Assembly: GCA_002419005.1 (NCBI GenBank)
Contig: DIFF01000012.1
Location: forward strand, 244,241-308,240
Direction: 5' to 3'
Origin: Peptococcaceae bacterium UBA5755
GTDB lineage: Bacteria > Bacillota > Dehalobacteriia > UBA4068 > UBA5755
DNA length: 64,000 nucleotides
The notes beneath the pieces were generated by a model. It was not told the DNA's origin, did no database searches, and worked only from the letters and a program-made list of their open reading frames with translations. Positions 60,736 to 64,000 of the stretch are shown here, one piece after another. The first letter of the stretch is position 1. The number at the start of each line of letters is the position of its first letter. The position numbers and the translations under genes were made by a program.

Positions 60736-60777
60736 TTTCTACACCTCTCGGTAAAAATATTCACAAAAATAATAAAA

Positions 60778-61806
60778 CTAAATCAACCCCTTTTTTATTA
60801 ATAGCTGGGCTATTTGAACAGTGTTGGTAGCAGCACCTTTGCGAATTTGGTCGCCAACAACCCAAAGAGAAAGGCCATTTTCACAAGAGATGTCTTTACG
60901 CAGCCTCCCTACATAAACCTCATCAGTTTCACTGGTAAACAAAGGCATAGGGTATTCTTTGTTGGCTGGGTTATCCTGCACAATAATGCCCGGAGCCGCT
61001 GCCAAAACTTTCCTGGCCGCTTCGGCAGAAAGCGGCTTTTTAAATTCAACATTTATGGCCTCGGAATGGCTGCGGTAAATAGGCACCCTAATGGTGGTGG
61101 CACTGATGGCAATATCATCATCATGCAGCATTTTTTGCGTTTCCCAAACCATTTTCATCTCTTCTTTGGTGTAGTCATTATCCTGGAACACATCAATTTG
61201 CGGAATAAGGTTGAAGGCAATTTGATAGGAAAAAGCCTTTACCTTAGGTTCTTCACCATAAGCAATCTGGCGCACCTGATTTTCCAGCTCCTCAATTCCT
61301 TCGCGGCCGGCCCCAGAAACCGCCTGGTATGTAGAAACGACTATCCTTTTGATACCAGCAGCATCGTGCAAGGGTTTTAAAGCCGTAAGCATAATGATGG
61401 TAGAACAATTGGGGTTGGCAATAATCCCTTTATGCCAATCCACATCTTCCGGGTTAACCTCAGGTATAACCAACGGCACATCCTTATCATAGCGAAAGGT
61501 GCTGCTATTATCCACAACCACAGCACCCCGAGCCACAGCCTCGTGGGCAAACATTTTACTGGCTGCCCCGCCAGCAAACAAAGCAATATCAATATCTGCA
61601 AAAGATTCGGGCTTGGTAGCCTCTACTGTATATTCTTTACCTAAATATTTTATTTTTTTACCCGACGATCTTTCCGTAGCCAAAAGCTTCAACTCACCAA
61701 TAGGAAAATCCCTTTCCGCCAAAACTTTCAACAGTTCGGCCCCGACCGCACCGGTAGCCCCAACAATGGCAACATTATACTTTTTCAAGATGAACAGCCC
61801 TTCCAA
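60778..61806 (-). CDS. asd: Aspartate-semialdehyde dehydrogenase
   Basis: It has the NAD motif VAIVGATGAVG and the catalytic region NCSTI. Confidence 0.9.
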   Translation of the reverse strand: MEGLFILKKYNVAIVGATGAVGAELLKVLAERDFPIGELKLLATERSSGKKIKYLGKEYTVEATKPESFADIDIALFAGGAASKMFAHEAVARGAVVVDNSSTFRYDKDVPLVIPEVNPEDVDWHKGIIANPNCSTIIMLTALKPLHDAAGIKRIVVSTYQAVSGAGREGIEELENQVRQIAYGEEPKVKAFSYQIAFNLIPQIDVFQDNDYTKEEMKMVWETQKMLHDDDIAISATTIRVPIYRSHSEAINVEFKKPLSAEAARKVLAAAPGIIVQDNPANKEYPMPLFTSETDEVYVGRLRKDISCENGLSLWVVGDQIRKGAATNTVQIAQLLIKKGLI

Positions 61807-61843
61807 TAATAAAATTATTATAAATATATCGTTATCTTAATAA

Positions 61844-62449
61844 TTATATCATTATTGACGGATATTGCAACAATACCGGCTGAATTTGCCTGCCAAACAT
61901 TGCCTCCACCACTGTTTCGGCAATTTTGCTTACATCAGATCTTAAAGAATTAGCCTTTTCCTTCGGGTTATCCTGGCCAAAAGGTACCATATAAATATTT
62001 TTAGAATTCAGTAAAATACCAAGGTTTTTAGCATTAAAGCCCAGACCGTCATTGGTAGAAACAGAAAGCACCACCGGCCTCTGATTGCGAAGATGCGATT
62101 TTGCCGCCATCAAAACTGACCCATCAGTAATGCCATTAGCCAGCTTAGCCAAAGTGTTGCCGCTACAAGGAGCAATCACCAAAACATCAAACATGCCCCG
62201 GGGGCCAATCGGCTCAGCCTGAGGTATGGTAAGTATGGGAGGCTTGCAGCCAATCCTTTCCAGCTCATCTTTCCAGCCAACAGCCCGGCCAAAACGGGTA
62301 TCTGTTTCATCAACCATCTCGGAAAGAATGGGGGTTATCACAGCCCCCTCCTCTTTTATCAAAATTTCTATCTCGCAAATCATCTCAGCCAAAGTACAAA
62401 AAGAGCCTGTCATAGCGATGCCAATATTTTTGCCAAATAAACGCATCAC
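61844..62449 (-). CDS. dpaB: Dipicolinate synthase subunit B (SpoVFB)
   Basis: It has a flavoprotein-like fold (GIAMTGSFC). It overlaps dpaA by 4 nt. Confidence 0.8.
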   Translation of the reverse strand: MMRLFGKNIGIAMTGSFCTLAEMICEIEILIKEEGAVITPILSEMVDETDTRFGRAVGWKDELERIGCKPPILTIPQAEPIGPRGMFDVLVIAPCSGNTLAKLANGITDGSVLMAAKSHLRNQRPVVLSVSTNDGLGFNAKNLGILLNSKNIYMVPFGQDNPKEKANSLRSDVSKIAETVVEAMFGRQIQPVLLQYPSIMI

Positions 62450-63354
62450 AGCACCTCTTTTTCTGCTTTATTCAGCTGACTTTTTTTAATTTGGGCTAAA
62501 ACGTTTGGATAAGAAGCTGCCAAAATTTGCCCAGCCGTCACCGGAGCCACTTTGCCAGGAAGGGAAAGAGCATGAATGGTCTTTAACCCTAAATTTTCTG
62601 CCGCCTGCCAATCCGTGCCGCCGGGAATAGCCGCCAAATCTATAATCAAGGTGCTGCTATTAAGTTTAGATAATATTTCTTTTGTAAGGACAAGTGCCGG
62701 GGCAGTGTTAAAGATCACCTGAGCATCAGATAAAGCCCCCGCCAAATCTTGTAAATCTACCGCTACAAAACCATCATCTCTTGCTTTGGCTAACCGATAA
62801 TCCTCTGACCTGTTTACCACAGTAACCTTGGCATTCAAAGCAGCAAGCCTCTTGGCCAAAGCCTGACCAACCCTCCCATAACCAATAACAAGCACCCGGC
62901 TGTTATTTATGGTAATGGGCAAATTACCCATGGCAACCTGAATAGCCCCTTCAGCAGTAGGCACCGCATTGGGAACAGCTACTTCATCTAGTTCCATGGT
63001 TTCTACCAAATTAAGGCGACAAAGCTCAGCAAGTTGCCGCAAATAAGGCGAAACAATACCCGTCACTACAGTTGTGCCAGGGGCCAAAACACGCAAATCC
63101 TGCTCGTCTACCTTGCAGGGCGGCAAAAAAGGGGCATGCAAAAACCCATCATTACGAATGCCCGGCACAGGTAAAATTAAAATATCTGCCCCTGCCAACG
63201 CCTCTCGTATCTCTGCAAATACCTTTACTCCTTCCGGCAAATAACCCGCTGGCAAACCATATACCTGCATCTGCCAACCTATCTTGGTCAAAGCAGGAAT
63301 CAATTCCAGCTCTCTTTTGTCTCCACCCAAAAGGGCCAAAACACCAACTGCCAT
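62446..63354 (-). CDS. dpaA: Dipicolinate synthase subunit A (SpoVFA)
   Basis: It has a Rossmann motif (VLVIGYGRVG) and dehydrogenase-like organisation. Confidence 0.8.
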   Translation of the reverse strand: MAVGVLALLGGDKRELELIPALTKIGWQMQVYGLPAGYLPEGVKVFAEIREALAGADILILPVPGIRNDGFLHAPFLPPCKVDEQDLRVLAPGTTVVTGIVSPYLRQLAELCRLNLVETMELDEVAVPNAVPTAEGAIQVAMGNLPITINNSRVLVIGYGRVGQALAKRLAALNAKVTVVNRSEDYRLAKARDDGFVAVDLQDLAGALSDAQVIFNTAPALVLTKEILSKLNSSTLIIDLAAIPGGTDWQAAENLGLKTIHALSLPGKVAPVTAGQILAASYPNVLAQIKKSQLNKAEKEVL

Positions 63355-63434
63355 ATCTAAACTACCCCTCCCGACAACTTATCTATAATTTAACATATGA
63401 GAAGGATAGCAATGCGGTGCTATGACAAAAGATA

Positions 63435-64000
63435 TTAAAGTAATTTTTCCAAGCCAACTACCACGCCGGAAAGCTCAAAAATCCTCCGCAGGGCTAAAAC
63501 AAGTCCCGGCAAAAAAGATTCTCTAGCCATGGCATCGTGCTTAATGGTCAAAATTTGGCCCAACCCGCCAAAAACCACTTCCTGGGTAGCCACATAACCA
63601 GGTAAACGCATGCTGTGCACCCGTATACCCTGATAATCACCGCCTCTTGCCCCATTAATTTTTTCAAATTCATTGGCATTACCCTGGGCAAAAATCGGCC
63701 GCACTTCACTTATCATCTCCAAGGTTTTTAAAGCAGTACCCGAGGGAGCATCCAGTTTTTGGTCATGATGCCTTTCAATAACCTCCACTTGAGGAAAATA
63801 AGCAGCAGCCTCCTTGGCAAAACGCATCATCAGCACAGCCCCCAAGGCAAAATTAGGGGCAATAAAAACCGGGGTGGCAAATTTTTGGCTTAAGGCTTCC
63901 AGCTCTAAAATATTCGTTCTATCCAACCCTGTGCCCCCCACCACAACCGGCACTTTTAATTGTAAAGCTATTTTAATGTTTTTAAACACCACCTGAGGGT
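63435..64000 (-). CDS. dapB: 4-hydroxy-tetrahydrodipicolinate reductase DapB, C-terminal part. The gene start lies beyond the window end.
   Basis: It has the DapB signature IERHHDQKLDAPSGTAL. The frame is open to nt 64000. Confidence 0.8.
   Translation of the reverse strand, partial: PQVVFKNIKIALQLKVPVVVGGTGLDRTNILELEALSQKFATPVFIAPNFALGAVLMMRFAKEAAAYFPQVEVIERHHDQKLDAPSGTALKTLEMISEVRPIFAQGNANEFEKINGARGGDYQGIRVHSMRLPGYVATQEVVFGGLGQILTIKHDAMARESFLPGLVLALRRIFELSGVVVGLEKLL

Overview
This 64 kb window is a conserved housekeeping and sporulation core region of a low-GC, endospore-forming Firmicute. Gene order closely follows the Bacillus subtilis rpsU-yqe/yqf-era-recO-glyQS region and the spoVF-asd-dapA-rnjB-tepA-spoIIIE-rodZ-pgsA-cinA region. 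Pyruvate phosphate dikinase, tRNA 2-selenouridine synthase and a long HflX suggest a Clostridia-type lineage. Every coding gene except the 5' truncated ypeB lies on the minus strand.

Identified features include a tight minus-strand tRNA operon (Val-Asp-Phe-Gly) with a consensus sigma-A promoter, the C-terminal peptidase CtpB and nth. There is a small spore-coat cluster: two split Coat-F proteins, a DUF1540 protein and a UPF0173 MBL hydrolase. Further genes include addAB, a PHP phosphatase, hflX, ppdK, glyQS with a T-box-like leader, recO-era-cdd, a DUF3048 lipoprotein and dgkA-ybeY-pgpH-phoH. The sporulation genes yqfC-yqfD, floA-nfeD and an rpsU that the ORF track missed (58 aa) follow. Next come hit-mtaB-rsmE-prmA, the hrcA-grpE-dnaK-dnaJ operon with a CIRCE operator, hemW, lepA, murJ, cinA-C, pgsA, rimO, rodZ and mnmH. 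The window ends with ftsK, uppP, a Na/Pi cotransporter, ylzJ-tepA-rnj, dapA-asd, dpaBA and a 3' fragment of dapB. Several rho-independent terminators are visible.

I found no mobile element, CRISPR array or recognisable defence island. The most unusual items are a JAMM/RadC-like metal-binding motif fused to the N-terminus of HflX, a 105 aa basic low-complexity N-terminal extension on RNase J, a 119 nt out-of-frame overlap between pgpH and ybeY, and a triple half-site CIRCE arrangement. Minor items are a palindromic operator candidate upstream of ppdK and tandem 15 bp direct repeats in the glyQS promoter. Coordinates I derived by hand (tRNAs, rpsU, signals) may be off by 1-2 nt.
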